Shown here in pieces: positions 1 to 7,766 of a stretch of DNA of 64,000 nucleotides. Within the stretch, counting starts at the first letter, position 1. Each line of letters starts with the position of its first letter. A program made the translations under genes and the position numbers. The DNA lies in IMG/VR virus record IMGVR_UViG_3300035126_000842, positions 1 to 64,000 of that record; one strand, given 5' to 3'. This DNA comes from a virus. The notes beneath the pieces are model-generated. The model was not told the origin of the DNA. It worked only from the letters and a program-made list of their open reading frames with translations, and did no database searches.

Positions 1-111
1 TCCTCTATGCTGAGGACACCAGTTTCTTTGATATAAACGGACTAAACCCAATTATAATTGAAAGAATGTAAGAATAGCTTTCTTACCCTTTATAATATTA
101 TCAAAGTTTTA

Positions 112-123
112 GGTGTAAAACAC
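112..123 (+). repeat. GGTGTAAAACAC motif, copy 1 (GTGT-AAA-ACAC mini-hairpin) upstream of ORF 150
   Basis: Identical 12-mer at 112-123 and 454-465; both follow a T-run and lie in intergenic DNA. Confidence 0.5.
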
Positions 124-149
124 AATTAAACTTTTAAACATTTAAAACT

Positions 150-446
150 ATGAAAATTAATGAATTTGCACAGGAATTGAATCAATTGATTGAAGAAAAT
201 AAAAAACTAAAGCAACAATTAGAGTTTTATAAACTTCAATTAATTGTAATACTCATTAACAATGGAGGTAGAATTAAAAATTTAGATTATCCTGATTTAA
301 TGAATATAGATTTGGATAAAATATCAATTTTCACAGGTATGGATTCCTGTGCTTTAGGAATTTGTACTTTATATCATAAATTATCTAGAGAAAAAAAGCC
401 AATTAAATCTTGGGAAAATTTACCTAAGAAATTAAGAAATCCGTAA
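150..446 (+). CDS. hypothetical protein
   Basis: 98-aa ORF, ATG after AT-rich leader, co-oriented with neighbours. Confidence 0.7.
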   Translation: MKINEFAQELNQLIEENKKLKQQLEFYKLQLIVILINNGGRIKNLDYPDLMNIDLDKISIFTGMDSCALGICTLYHKLSREKKPIKSWENLPKKLRNP

Positions 447-453
447 ATTTTTT

Positions 454-465
454 GGTGTAAAACAC
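454..465 (+). repeat. GGTGTAAAACAC motif, copy 2
   Basis: Identical to 112-123. Confidence 0.5.
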
Positions 466-466
466 G

Positions 467-500
467 GGTGAATCTTACTACCATTAAGTGTAAGAATAAT
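467..500 (+). ncRNA. putative pseudoknotted hairpin motif, copy 1 (GGTGAA-stem-TACC..AAGT-stem)
   Basis: Stem TCTTAC/GTAAGA with an 11-nt loop; second copy at 2630-2663 has compensatory stem changes. Confidence 0.5.
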
Positions 501-528
501 TAACAAGCAACTGGCAAGTTGTAATAAT

Positions 529-768
529 ATGCAAAACAAAATGAAAAATTCAGTAATTGATTTACACCTTTCTTCTACTCATTATGCTGATAGTAGAAGC
601 TATCGTTTAGGACATTGTCAAATGGTATCATGGTTAATTAATAATTTCAGAAAGATTAAATCTGAAGAAATTACTTACAAAGACTATGAATCTTTTGGTA
701 AATCACAAGGAATTATGACATATAATGAAGAATCTTTTAACACATTTAAAGAACAAAAATATGTCTAA
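529..768 (+). CDS. hypothetical protein
   Basis: 79-aa ORF in the early gene run. Confidence 0.65.
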   Translation: MQNKMKNSVIDLHLSSTHYADSRSYRLGHCQMVSWLINNFRKIKSEEITYKDYESFGKSQGIMTYNEESFNTFKEQKYV

Positions 769-1012
769 TCAACCTGTATTCTGGAAAATGCGTAATGGTA
801 AGTTAATATCCGTAGATGATATGGATATTAACCACCTTCGCAATGTGCTTAAAATGATTATTAAGAATCGTGAGAAAGCGTTACAACAAGTAAAATCCAA
901 ATCTAAAGTTGAGTTTAAACTCAACGGTGATATGGCTAATGAGTTTCATGCTTCGTTTATGTCTGATGAAGACGACGATAGATTTGAGGAAGGTCAAACT
1001 TACAACCTATAA
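761..1012 (+). CDS. hypothetical protein
   Basis: ATG at 761 overlaps the previous stop region (ORF track starts at 725); acidic C-terminus. Confidence 0.7.
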   Translation: MSNQPVFWKMRNGKLISVDDMDINHLRNVLKMIIKNREKALQQVKSKSKVEFKLNGDMANEFHASFMSDEDDDRFEEGQTYNL

Positions 1013-1041
1013 TAGTAAGTAAACAACAATTTTTTACTCTC

Positions 1042-1335
1042 ATGAAAGATTACAGAATTTTCCACCCTGTAGGTGGTGCCTTAAACACAAAGAAAGAGCG
1101 TGGTGTTTATGAGTATGAACTAGTGTGTACTGTTAAAGCAGAATCGCTAGAAGACGCTTTTAAATTATCTCAAAATGATTTATCACCGGAGTATAGAGAA
1201 CTTAAAGCTCGTTCTACTTCAGTAGGTGATATCATTGTAGATGATAGTGAAGAGATTCATTATTTTGTAGACAATGTAGGTTTTGAAGAAATACCTTTCA
1301 CTGTTGTGCAACATATTGATTGGACTAATCACTAA
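1042..1335 (+). CDS. YodL-like domain protein
   Basis: AESLEDAFKLSQN...RSTSVGDII resembles the YodL-type 'LEDxF...RSxSVGDVV' pattern. Confidence 0.55.
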   Translation: MKDYRIFHPVGGALNTKKERGVYEYELVCTVKAESLEDAFKLSQNDLSPEYRELKARSTSVGDIIVDDSEEIHYFVDNVGFEEIPFTVVQHIDWTNH

Positions 1336-1388
1336 TACCAGGTTGGTAAACCTTGAAGCTTCCAAAATAACTTTCTTTTGTTTAGACA

Positions 1389-1601
1389 ATGACTTTACTT
1401 AAACATTTACTCAGAATTTGTTTTAACTTTGCTATAGTTTTTTCTACTATCGCAGTGTTTTTTGGTATTGGCTCACTATTAAACTGTCTTATTGCCTTCT
1501 TGTTTTCTTGTGAGTTTATGACTTTACAAGATTCACCGATTTGGTTGTTATACTTTGCTATAGGTGCCGGTATAACTATCGCATATGTAGATAGTCAGTG
1601 A
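1389..1601 (+). CDS. small membrane protein
   Basis: 70 aa with two hydrophobic segments. Confidence 0.65.
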   Translation: MTLLKHLLRICFNFAIVFSTIAVFFGIGSLLNCLIAFLFSCEFMTLQDSPIWLLYFAIGAGITIAYVDSQ

Positions 1602-1676
1602 TTTTAGTAGGAATAGGGTGTTATTTTATAATATCCTATTCCTATTTCAATATTTAATTTACAATTTTATTTTATT

Positions 1677-1880
1677 ATGAACAGATTTCAGCGCTTAATT
1701 AGTTTTTGTATTTATTACATAGCAGCAATATCAACTTGTATATTTATCGATTATGGTATTAGTCTTATTTTAAACATACCATTTAAAGAAGTATTTTTTG
1801 ATGCTCCTAGTAAGATTGCTTTTGCTATTGTGGTTATATTAGCAAGTATATATCTCAACAAAAAAGATTGGAATTTTTAG
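1677..1880 (+). CDS. small membrane protein
   Basis: 67 aa with two hydrophobic segments; similar layout to 1389-1601. Confidence 0.65.
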   Translation: MNRFQRLISFCIYYIAAISTCIFIDYGISLILNIPFKEVFFDAPSKIAFAIVVILASIYLNKKDWNF

Positions 1881-1929
1881 TATTATATAATATCTTGCGT
1901 AAAAATTTATACATATTTATATTACTTTT

Positions 1930-2193
1930 ATGATTAGTGTCTCTGTAGTTTATAAAAATCCAGAAGATAAAGAAAAAAACCACGCTTTTTCCTACAATAA
2001 TCTATCTCAATTAAAGCAAGAGATAACAGATCTATTATATATAACAGGATACAAGTTTGAATCTAACTTTAAACTCAAACTACCCGATGAAGATAATATA
2101 TTTGTAAAGTACGATACAGGAGAAGCAACAATAGAAATGAAATGGATTAACAATCGTATTTATCTAGATACCGATACTTCTTTTGTATTGTAA
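1930..2193 (+). CDS. hypothetical protein
   Basis: 87-aa ORF. Confidence 0.65.
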   Translation: MISVSVVYKNPEDKEKNHAFSYNNLSQLKQEITDLLYITGYKFESNFKLKLPDEDNIFVKYDTGEATIEMKWINNRIYLDTDTSFVL

Positions 2194-2219
2194 AATATTG
2201 TCTTAATACATTATTAATT

Positions 2220-2340
2220 AGTCAGGTGGCGAAATTGGTATACGCTACGGGGCAACGAAAAAACAGAATGTGGAGGTTATAATAATAAAGTTGGAAGGTC
2301 TCCACTCCCTACATTACAGGTTCGAATCCTGTCCTGACTA
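2220..2340 (+). ncRNA. tRNA-like element 1 with oversized anticodon-arm insert
   Basis: Acceptor AGTCAGG/CCTGACT, D-arm GCG-AAATTGGTATA-CGC, T-arm ACAGG-TTCGAAT-CCTGT; long insert containing a GTGGAG/CTCCAC stem; 121 nt; followed by CTA, not CCA. Confidence 0.8.
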
Positions 2341-2355
2341 CTAAACAATCAAAAT

Positions 2356-2520
2356 ATGAATTGCGAAAGACCTGTAAAAAACGAAGAGACGGGCAAATGG
2401 GAAGTCTGGGACTTTGCATACTTGGAGAACGGAGAGAGACACTACGAGCTTCACGAGTTTTGGGAATACAAAGATGCTATTGAGTTTTGGAAGTCAAGAA
2501 ACCCAAAATTTTATAAATAA
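2356..2520 (+). CDS. small hypothetical protein (54 aa, MNCERPVKNEETGKWEVWDF...)
   Basis: Hand-translated ATG..TAA ORF that fills the gap between tRNA-like elements 1 and 2. Confidence 0.6.
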   Translation: MNCERPVKNEETGKWEVWDFAYLENGERHYELHEFWEYKDAIEFWKSRNPKFYK

Positions 2521-2526
2521 TAAAAT

Positions 2527-2624
2527 AGTCAGGTAGTGGAGTGGTACCACGCGGTAAAACAATTTGCAGAATTGCATTTGAATTGAAGTAACCGAGACGC
2601 AGGTTCGAATCCTTGTCCTGACTG
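2527..2624 (+). ncRNA. tRNA-like element 2 with extended anticodon arm
   Basis: Same acceptor stem; D-arm GTG-GAGTGGTAC-CAC; CGGT/ACCG stem enclosing CAATT/AATTG and TGCA-gaat-TGCA; 4-nt variable loop; T-loop TTCGAAT; 98 nt. Confidence 0.8.
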
Positions 2625-2629
2625 CTATA

Positions 2630-2663
2630 GGTGAATTCTACTACCTAGAAGTGTAGAAACAAT
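2630..2663 (+). ncRNA. putative pseudoknotted hairpin motif, copy 2
   Basis: GGTGAA-TTCTAC-TACCTAGAAGT-GTAGAA; covaries with 467-500. Confidence 0.5.
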
Positions 2664-2681
2664 TTTTATTACTATAAAGTT

Positions 2682-2900
2682 ATGAGAAAACATAATGGAG
2701 TAAATCATTCAATGACAATGCCTGCAAGGGCAAGACGCAAAAGAGTAATCGAGCGTTTAGAAAATCAGTTACAATCTGGATTTAAAAGAGTATCTATTAA
2801 AGATGATTCTGGTAAAAGTACAGATAGTAGAGTAAAACTCACGGATTCTGAAGTTACAAGAATTCAAAAAGAAATTGAGGTTTTAAAAACCCGCTGCTAA
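2682..2900 (+). CDS. small basic hypothetical protein
   Basis: 72-aa ORF. Confidence 0.65.
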   Translation: MRKHNGVNHSMTMPARARRKRVIERLENQLQSGFKRVSIKDDSGKSTDSRVKLTDSEVTRIQKEIEVLKTRC

Positions 2901-2930
2901 TCAGTATTAACACTTTAATTAAAACAAAAA

Positions 2931-3320
2931 ATGAAAAGTATTTTTGCTATTATTGCATTAGCTTTATTAACAAGCTGTGCCACAATTACTTCAAGCATGA
3001 AGCAGGAAGTAACTATCAATGTAAAACCTGACCATGCTAAAGTTTATGTGAATGGGAACAAGGTAGGAGAGGGAAGTTGTACTGCTGAAGTTCCTGTAAA
3101 GAAGCGTAACACTATCATTGTCAAGGCGGAAGGGTATGAGAATGCTCAAATTAAAACACAAAGACAGATTCGTCCAGGGTATTTGATTGGCAATATCGGG
3201 ATGTGTTTTGTGCCTTATGTAAACTTCTTTGGCTTACCGAGTTTGATTGTTGATGCGTGTACGGGTGCGTGGTATAAGCAAGAAGAAGATGAGTATTATT
3301 TTGACTTAGATAAAAAGTAA
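2931..3320 (+). CDS. PEGA-domain lipoprotein
   Basis: Signal peptide with lipobox LTSC; PEGA-like 'INVKPDHAKVYVNG...IIVKAEGYE'. Confidence 0.75.
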   Translation: MKSIFAIIALALLTSCATITSSMKQEVTINVKPDHAKVYVNGNKVGEGSCTAEVPVKKRNTIIVKAEGYENAQIKTQRQIRPGYLIGNIGMCFVPYVNFFGLPSLIVDACTGAWYKQEEDEYYFDLDKK

Positions 3321-3339
3321 TATCAATCATTCATCAGGT

Positions 3340-3434
3340 GGATGGTTGAGAAATGTGTTGTTCCCTTGAGAAAGGAATTTAATACCATATAGGGCAAATG
3401 GAGGAAACCCTACAACACGGAGGACTTCTCATCC
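3340..3434 (+). ncRNA. putative multi-stem structured RNA immediately upstream of tRNA-like element 3
   Basis: Nested stems TGAGAA/TTCTCA, GTGTTGT/ACAACAC, CCTT-GAGA-AAGG (GNRA loop) and AGGG/CCCT. Confidence 0.5.
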
Positions 3435-3440
3435 TCAAAT

Positions 3441-3543
3441 AGTCAGGTGGCGAATTGGTTAACGCAAAGGGTTAGTTTATATTGGTAACAAATCAAAATA
3501 TAAATGAGTCTCTCATACGCAGGTTCGAATCCTGTCCTGACTA
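3441..3543 (+). ncRNA. tRNA-like element 3 with extended anticodon arm
   Basis: Same acceptor stem; D-arm GCG-AATTGGTTAA-CGC; insert with TTTATATT/AATATAAA stem; variable loop CATAC; T-arm GCAGG-TTCGAAT-CCTGT; 103 nt. Confidence 0.8.
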
Positions 3544-3672
3544 CTAATTTAATTTAACCATTTAAAAAGTAAAAATGAAAACTGCTCAAAATTTATTTCT
3601 ATTAGGTTTAATTTCTAAAAGAAAGAATAGAAAACTTAATATAATTAGAGTAAATAACGAAGAAGGAGATTA

Positions 3673-4149
3673 ATGAATAATCAAGAACTTATTATTAAAT
3701 TACGACAGTTTGTAACAGAACTAGAACCTGTTATTGCAAACTGGGATTTATTTAAACCATCTTATCAATACGATTGCTACACAAAATATTATGATAAATT
3801 ATTTGATCGTAAGTGTACAATCGACGACTTGTACTCAAAAAATAGATGTTCAGAACTTATACTAATAAAACATTCTATAATTTATATTCTTTATAATAAT
3901 TTAGGTGCGTGTATAGCAACTAAAGATTTAGCAGATGTTTTTGATCTTAAAGATCATACAACTATTTTACATGCTATAAAAAAAATAGAAAATTTTATTG
4001 ATATTAAAGATAAAGAGTGTAAAAAATGTTTAGATTTGCTTTATAACTGTATTGAAGAAAAACAGTTGTTTAGTTCTGAAAATCTGTTATACAAAGATAT
4101 TATAGCAGCGTGTTTATTAAAAAAGAAAAAAAATAAAAGAATTATATGA
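3673..4149 (+). CDS. protein with DnaA C-terminal (domain IV)-like HTH
   Basis: DLADVFDLKDHTTILHAIKKIE matches the DnaA domain IV signature 'F..RDHTTVLHA..KI'. Confidence 0.7.
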   Translation: MNNQELIIKLRQFVTELEPVIANWDLFKPSYQYDCYTKYYDKLFDRKCTIDDLYSKNRCSELILIKHSIIYILYNNLGACIATKDLADVFDLKDHTTILHAIKKIENFIDIKDKECKKCLDLLYNCIEEKQLFSSENLLYKDIIAACLLKKKKNKRII

Positions 4150-5147
4150 AACTAGTATTTGATTTTGATAATCTGTTGATTGAACCTGTCCCTGTTAGTG
4201 ATGTAGATAGTAGGAATGAGATTGATGTATATGAGCGCGGTTATTTTCCTATTATGACAGCACCTATGGATACTGTTATTGATTCTAATAACAAAGATAT
4301 GTTCAGACATTGCGATGTAGTTGTCTGTTTACCGAGAAATGTAAAATCTAAATTTAATGACGAGTTTGAATCTATTTCATTAGATGATTTTGAGTTTATG
4401 TATATGCATTCTTTATTTCTACCCGGTAAATCTTACCTTGTAGATATAGCAAACGGTCATATGCATAAATTAGAATGTTTAGTTGGAGCTGTTAAAGAAC
4501 AATTTCCTTCTATAATTTTAATGGTAGGTAATATTGCTAACCCTGAAACATACAAAAGATTATCTGATGCAGGTGCTGATTATATTAGAGTAGGAATAGG
4601 TAATGGTAATGCTTGTCTTACTACAGTACAAACAGGTGTTGGTTACCCAATGGCTTCATTAATAAGAGAATGTTATACAGCTAAAAAAGAATTAAAAAAC
4701 CCTGCTTATATTGTAGCAGATGGTGGTATGAAAAAATATAGCGATGTTATCAAAGCTATAGCTTTAGGAGCAGACTATGTTATGTTGGGTAGTATATTTA
4801 ACAAAACAATACAATCCTGCGGTGACAACTATCTTTTTGGTTTCATTCCTGTTTCTCAATCTGTTGCTGAATTACTTTTTAAATACAAATTACCTATCTA
4901 TAAAAAGTTTAGAGGTATGAGTACCAAAGAAGTACAAAAGAAATGGAATAAAAAAAGATTAAGAACTTCAGAAGGTATCGTAACTAAACGTAGAGTAGAA
5001 TATTCTTTCTACACCTGGTTAGATAATTTCAGAGATTATTTAAGAACAGCGATGAGTTACACAGGTTCTCGTAACCTTGGGGAATTTAGAAAAAATAGTG
5101 TTTTTAATATAATTAGTGACAAATCTTTTGACCGATTTAATAAATAA
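4146..5147 (+). CDS. guaC: GMP reductase / IMPDH-family oxidoreductase
   Basis: MTAPMDTV, DIANGH, GNIA, RVGIGNGNACLT (catalytic Cys), ADGG, MLGS, FRGMST, SEG; no CBS insert. Confidence 0.75.
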   Translation: MKLVFDFDNLLIEPVPVSDVDSRNEIDVYERGYFPIMTAPMDTVIDSNNKDMFRHCDVVVCLPRNVKSKFNDEFESISLDDFEFMYMHSLFLPGKSYLVDIANGHMHKLECLVGAVKEQFPSIILMVGNIANPETYKRLSDAGADYIRVGIGNGNACLTTVQTGVGYPMASLIRECYTAKKELKNPAYIVADGGMKKYSDVIKAIALGADYVMLGSIFNKTIQSCGDNYLFGFIPVSQSVAELLFKYKLPIYKKFRGMSTKEVQKKWNKKRLRTSEGIVTKRRVEYSFYTWLDNFRDYLRTAMSYTGSRNLGEFRKNSVFNIISDKSFDRFNK

Positions 5148-5170
5148 GTTTCACTTTTAATCATGCAATC

Positions 5171-5521
5171 ATGCAAAAACCAAAAATCAAACGTAGAAAA
5201 TGGACAACCTCTGAAAATGAATTATTGAAAGAGTATGTGTCCTACTATCCAGAAAATTTACAGACTGCATTTTATCTTGCAGGTATTAATCTGGAAAGAA
5301 CACAAGCAAGTTGTTCTATGCAGTATTACTCAAAGTTAATTACCTCTAAAGAAGGTTCTTTTCATTTGTTAAGTAAGAACACTGCTATTAAGAACAAAAA
5401 AGTTGTTAGAAATCTAATCAACAAAGATTCTGTAATTAAAAAGACTAAAAAGTCTGCTTACTCAGAACGCAAGAAAAACAAAATACTATCTGATGTATTT
5501 AAACTTCTGCAAAAACTATAG
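5171..5521 (+). CDS. basic hypothetical protein with possible Myb/SANT-like N-terminus
   Basis: RRKWTTSENELL motif; Lys-rich. Confidence 0.55.
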   Translation: MQKPKIKRRKWTTSENELLKEYVSYYPENLQTAFYLAGINLERTQASCSMQYYSKLITSKEGSFHLLSKNTAIKNKKVVRNLINKDSVIKKTKKSAYSERKKNKILSDVFKLLQKL

Positions 5522-5568
5522 GTCTCAGAGTTAACCTTGAATAACTCTAAACAATAAACAATAAAATC

Positions 5569-5868
5569 ATGACAAAAGAAAAAGTAGTACTACTGGGTAT
5601 TGCTCAGGTACTTCTTAATGAATCAAACCCTACATTTTCAACACTTAACGATTTAATTGAACCGTTTGGTTATGAAGTTGTAGAGAAAAAACCTAAAGTA
5701 AAAAATCAGATTCTAGTTCTTGCTAATACAGAAGAACAAGATGATGAAATTATTACTCTACCTCAACATATTACAGATGAAATTTCTACAGATCGTTTCC
5801 TCGAATCTAGAGGACTTGCTGGTAGAAAATATATTCTGTTTCGTTCTGCGCACAAAAGAACCTATTGA
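5569..5868 (+). CDS. hypothetical protein
   Basis: 99-aa ORF followed by a terminator. Confidence 0.7.
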   Translation: MTKEKVVLLGIAQVLLNESNPTFSTLNDLIEPFGYEVVEKKPKVKNQILVLANTEEQDDEIITLPQHITDEISTDRFLESRGLAGRKYILFRSAHKRTY

Positions 5869-5889
5869 GAGTAGGGTTGTTGATGTCGT

Positions 5890-5916
5890 AAAAAGGGAGC
5901 TAATAACTCCCTTTTT
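5890..5916 (+). terminator. intrinsic terminator
   Basis: AAAAGGGAG-ctaataa-CTCCCTTTTT. Confidence 0.8.
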
Positions 5917-6154
5917 ATATTGTTTTATTTGTTTAATTTTAATTTTTATTTAGTATGAACACTTTGCCCTCAAAAAAATCATTGAAGAAAAGAAGCAAAC
6001 CTTTTAAAGAAGCTTACGGTAAACCTCTAGAAACAAGAAGAATGAGGTTTATGGTTATTAAAAAGGATGCTGAAGGTAAATCTTACGAAGGTTCTGAAAC
6101 CTTATTAGTAAGAGTTTACTAAAAACATTTATCTCAGGATAATGTGCGTAGAAT

Positions 6155-6182
6155 AAAAAGGGGGAGCAATCTCCCTTTTTTA
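6155..6182 (+). terminator. intrinsic terminator
   Basis: GGGAG-caat-CTCCC plus T-run. Confidence 0.8.
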
Positions 6183-6192
6183 TGCAAATTTT

Positions 6193-7044
6193 ATGAAGAT
6201 TATAAAGCAAACAACAAAGACTCTTGTCACAAGAGATAATGGTCGCAGTTCTGATGCTGTAAGTCCTAATTTTATTTACGGTTGTTTAGGTGGTTGTATG
6301 AAAAGCTACTGCTATGTAGGTAGATTTAACGATGATTGTATTTATGTCAATGAAAATATCGAAGATATATTACAGTCAATAGATACCTGGGTTAGTCAAC
6401 GTTATTTTCCTAAAACACCTACTCAGTGTGACGATACATATTATGTAATTGATATAGGTTGTTCTACTGATATACCACTTAAAAGTAAATATTATGATTG
6501 GAATAGAGTATTTGAATTCTTTAACGATCATCCGCGTCTTAAATCTACCTTTGCTACAAAATACCCGTCGTTATTTATTCCTACTAAATACAATATTAAC
6601 CCTAGTAAGAATAGAATAAGGGTAAGTTTGATGCCGCAGGAATATTCTACCATACTTGAACCCAAAACTGATTTAATAAAAACTAGAATAGAAAGAATTC
6701 CATATCTACAAGAACATATGGAAGTTCATTTAAATTTTAGTCCTATTATTTATCATAAAGGTTGGTTACAGGAATACGAAAAATTATTTAAACAAGTTCA
6801 TAATCTTGGTGTAGAGTTTAAATCAGAATGTATATTTCTTACATACAACGACAAACAGGTAGAAAGAAATAGTGATGAAGTAAACAAGCTATGTTACAAA
6901 CCTCATATACAAGAACTTAAGAATTCTTATTATTCTGATGAAAATATTAGATACAAATCTGATGTTAAAAAGAACTTAGTTAGACAATTTAAGGAATTGT
7001 ATGGTACTTACTTTCCGTTAGAATCTATACGTTACATTTTTTAG
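6193..7044 (+). CDS. spore photoproduct lyase (SplB)-family radical SAM protein
   Basis: GCLGGCMKSYCY cluster motif; DIGCSTD, FATK, IRVSLMP and HLNFSPII segments typical of the SPL-like family. Confidence 0.7.
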   Translation: MKIIKQTTKTLVTRDNGRSSDAVSPNFIYGCLGGCMKSYCYVGRFNDDCIYVNENIEDILQSIDTWVSQRYFPKTPTQCDDTYYVIDIGCSTDIPLKSKYYDWNRVFEFFNDHPRLKSTFATKYPSLFIPTKYNINPSKNRIRVSLMPQEYSTILEPKTDLIKTRIERIPYLQEHMEVHLNFSPIIYHKGWLQEYEKLFKQVHNLGVEFKSECIFLTYNDKQVERNSDEVNKLCYKPHIQELKNSYYSDENIRYKSDVKKNLVRQFKELYGTYFPLESIRYIF

Positions 7045-7066
7045 TAATTTTCATAAAAATTAAATT

Positions 7067-7684
7067 ATGAACGTTAATATTCCTCCTTTAGAATGCTTTG
7101 TCAGAGCAGAGTATCTGTACGACTTTAAAGAAAAACACGGTGAACTTATTGAAGCAACTGCGTTTGCAGTTAAATCACTGCAGTCAAATGCTTTGTTATT
7201 TTATGTAATGACAGACATTGGCGCTGTGTATGATAAAATTCCTATTAGTGCTATAATACCTAGATATAGACCTGTGTCAGAACACTTGTCTTTTGATGTA
7301 TTGCAGTTATGGGATTGTTTTTCATACAAAGCTGAAGCAATAGAGTTTATGTTTCTTAAAGGTAAACGGTGTTCTGTTTATTTAAAAAACAAGCAAATCA
7401 AAGAGGGTGTTTATAGATTTACCATAGATTGGAACAGCGATTCATCAGATGTAATATCTACTTCCTACGCTGAAATCACCCAGGAACATAAGGTAGCACA
7501 TATAATAGAACTGTTTGACGGTTACTATTGTGCTTACCCTAATAATAGAATTCTATGGGCGGAACCATCAGGAGTAGAAAAACCATTTGCTACAATACCT
7601 GATTACAAACTCAACACATCTAAGTTTCATTGTGAGAGTAAAGATAAATGGGCTTCAGAAAATACAGACAAACAATTTTATTGA
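7067..7684 (+). CDS. conserved phage hypothetical protein
   Basis: NVNIP..CFVRAEYLYD...LQLWDCFSY...AYPNNRI pattern recalled from aquatic phages; not searched. Confidence 0.7.
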   Translation: MNVNIPPLECFVRAEYLYDFKEKHGELIEATAFAVKSLQSNALLFYVMTDIGAVYDKIPISAIIPRYRPVSEHLSFDVLQLWDCFSYKAEAIEFMFLKGKRCSVYLKNKQIKEGVYRFTIDWNSDSSDVISTSYAEITQEHKVAHIIELFDGYYCAYPNNRILWAEPSGVEKPFATIPDYKLNTSKFHCESKDKWASENTDKQFY

Positions 7685-7685
7685 T

Positions 7686-7719
7686 TATAAACCAATATGA
7701 CACCTTTCAACACCACTAT
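7686..7719 (+). repeat. 34-bp direct repeat, left copy
   Basis: TATAAACCAATATGACACCTTTCAACACCACTAT is identical to 10179-10212 and is followed by GTTA. Confidence 0.9.
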
Positions 7720-7766
7720 GTTACCAGCTGGGCGGTTTATCAGCACTAAATTTAATTTGAAACGAA

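Noticed and set aside
3340-3434. Twister, pistol, hammerhead or theta (HDV-like) ribozyme assignment
   Set aside because: Fragments resemble the consensuses (TTAATAC, GGAGG), but the required stem order and spacing could not be built. Theta ribozymes lie 3' of tRNAs, whereas this element lies 5'.
2220-3543. Calling the three elements functional tRNA genes with specific anticodons, or tmRNA/YrlA
   Set aside because: There is no 7-nt anticodon loop on a 5-bp stem. The inserts are far too short for group I introns and I saw no clear bulge-helix-bulge. There is no tag ORF, and the arm order is not permuted as in YrlA.
5955-6122. Possible frameshifted small gene (MNTLPSKK... then ...EANLLKEAYGKPLETRRMRF...)
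   Set aside because: A +1 shift would join two short frames, but there is no convincing slippery site or recognisable homology; it may be a remnant or a separate tiny ORF.
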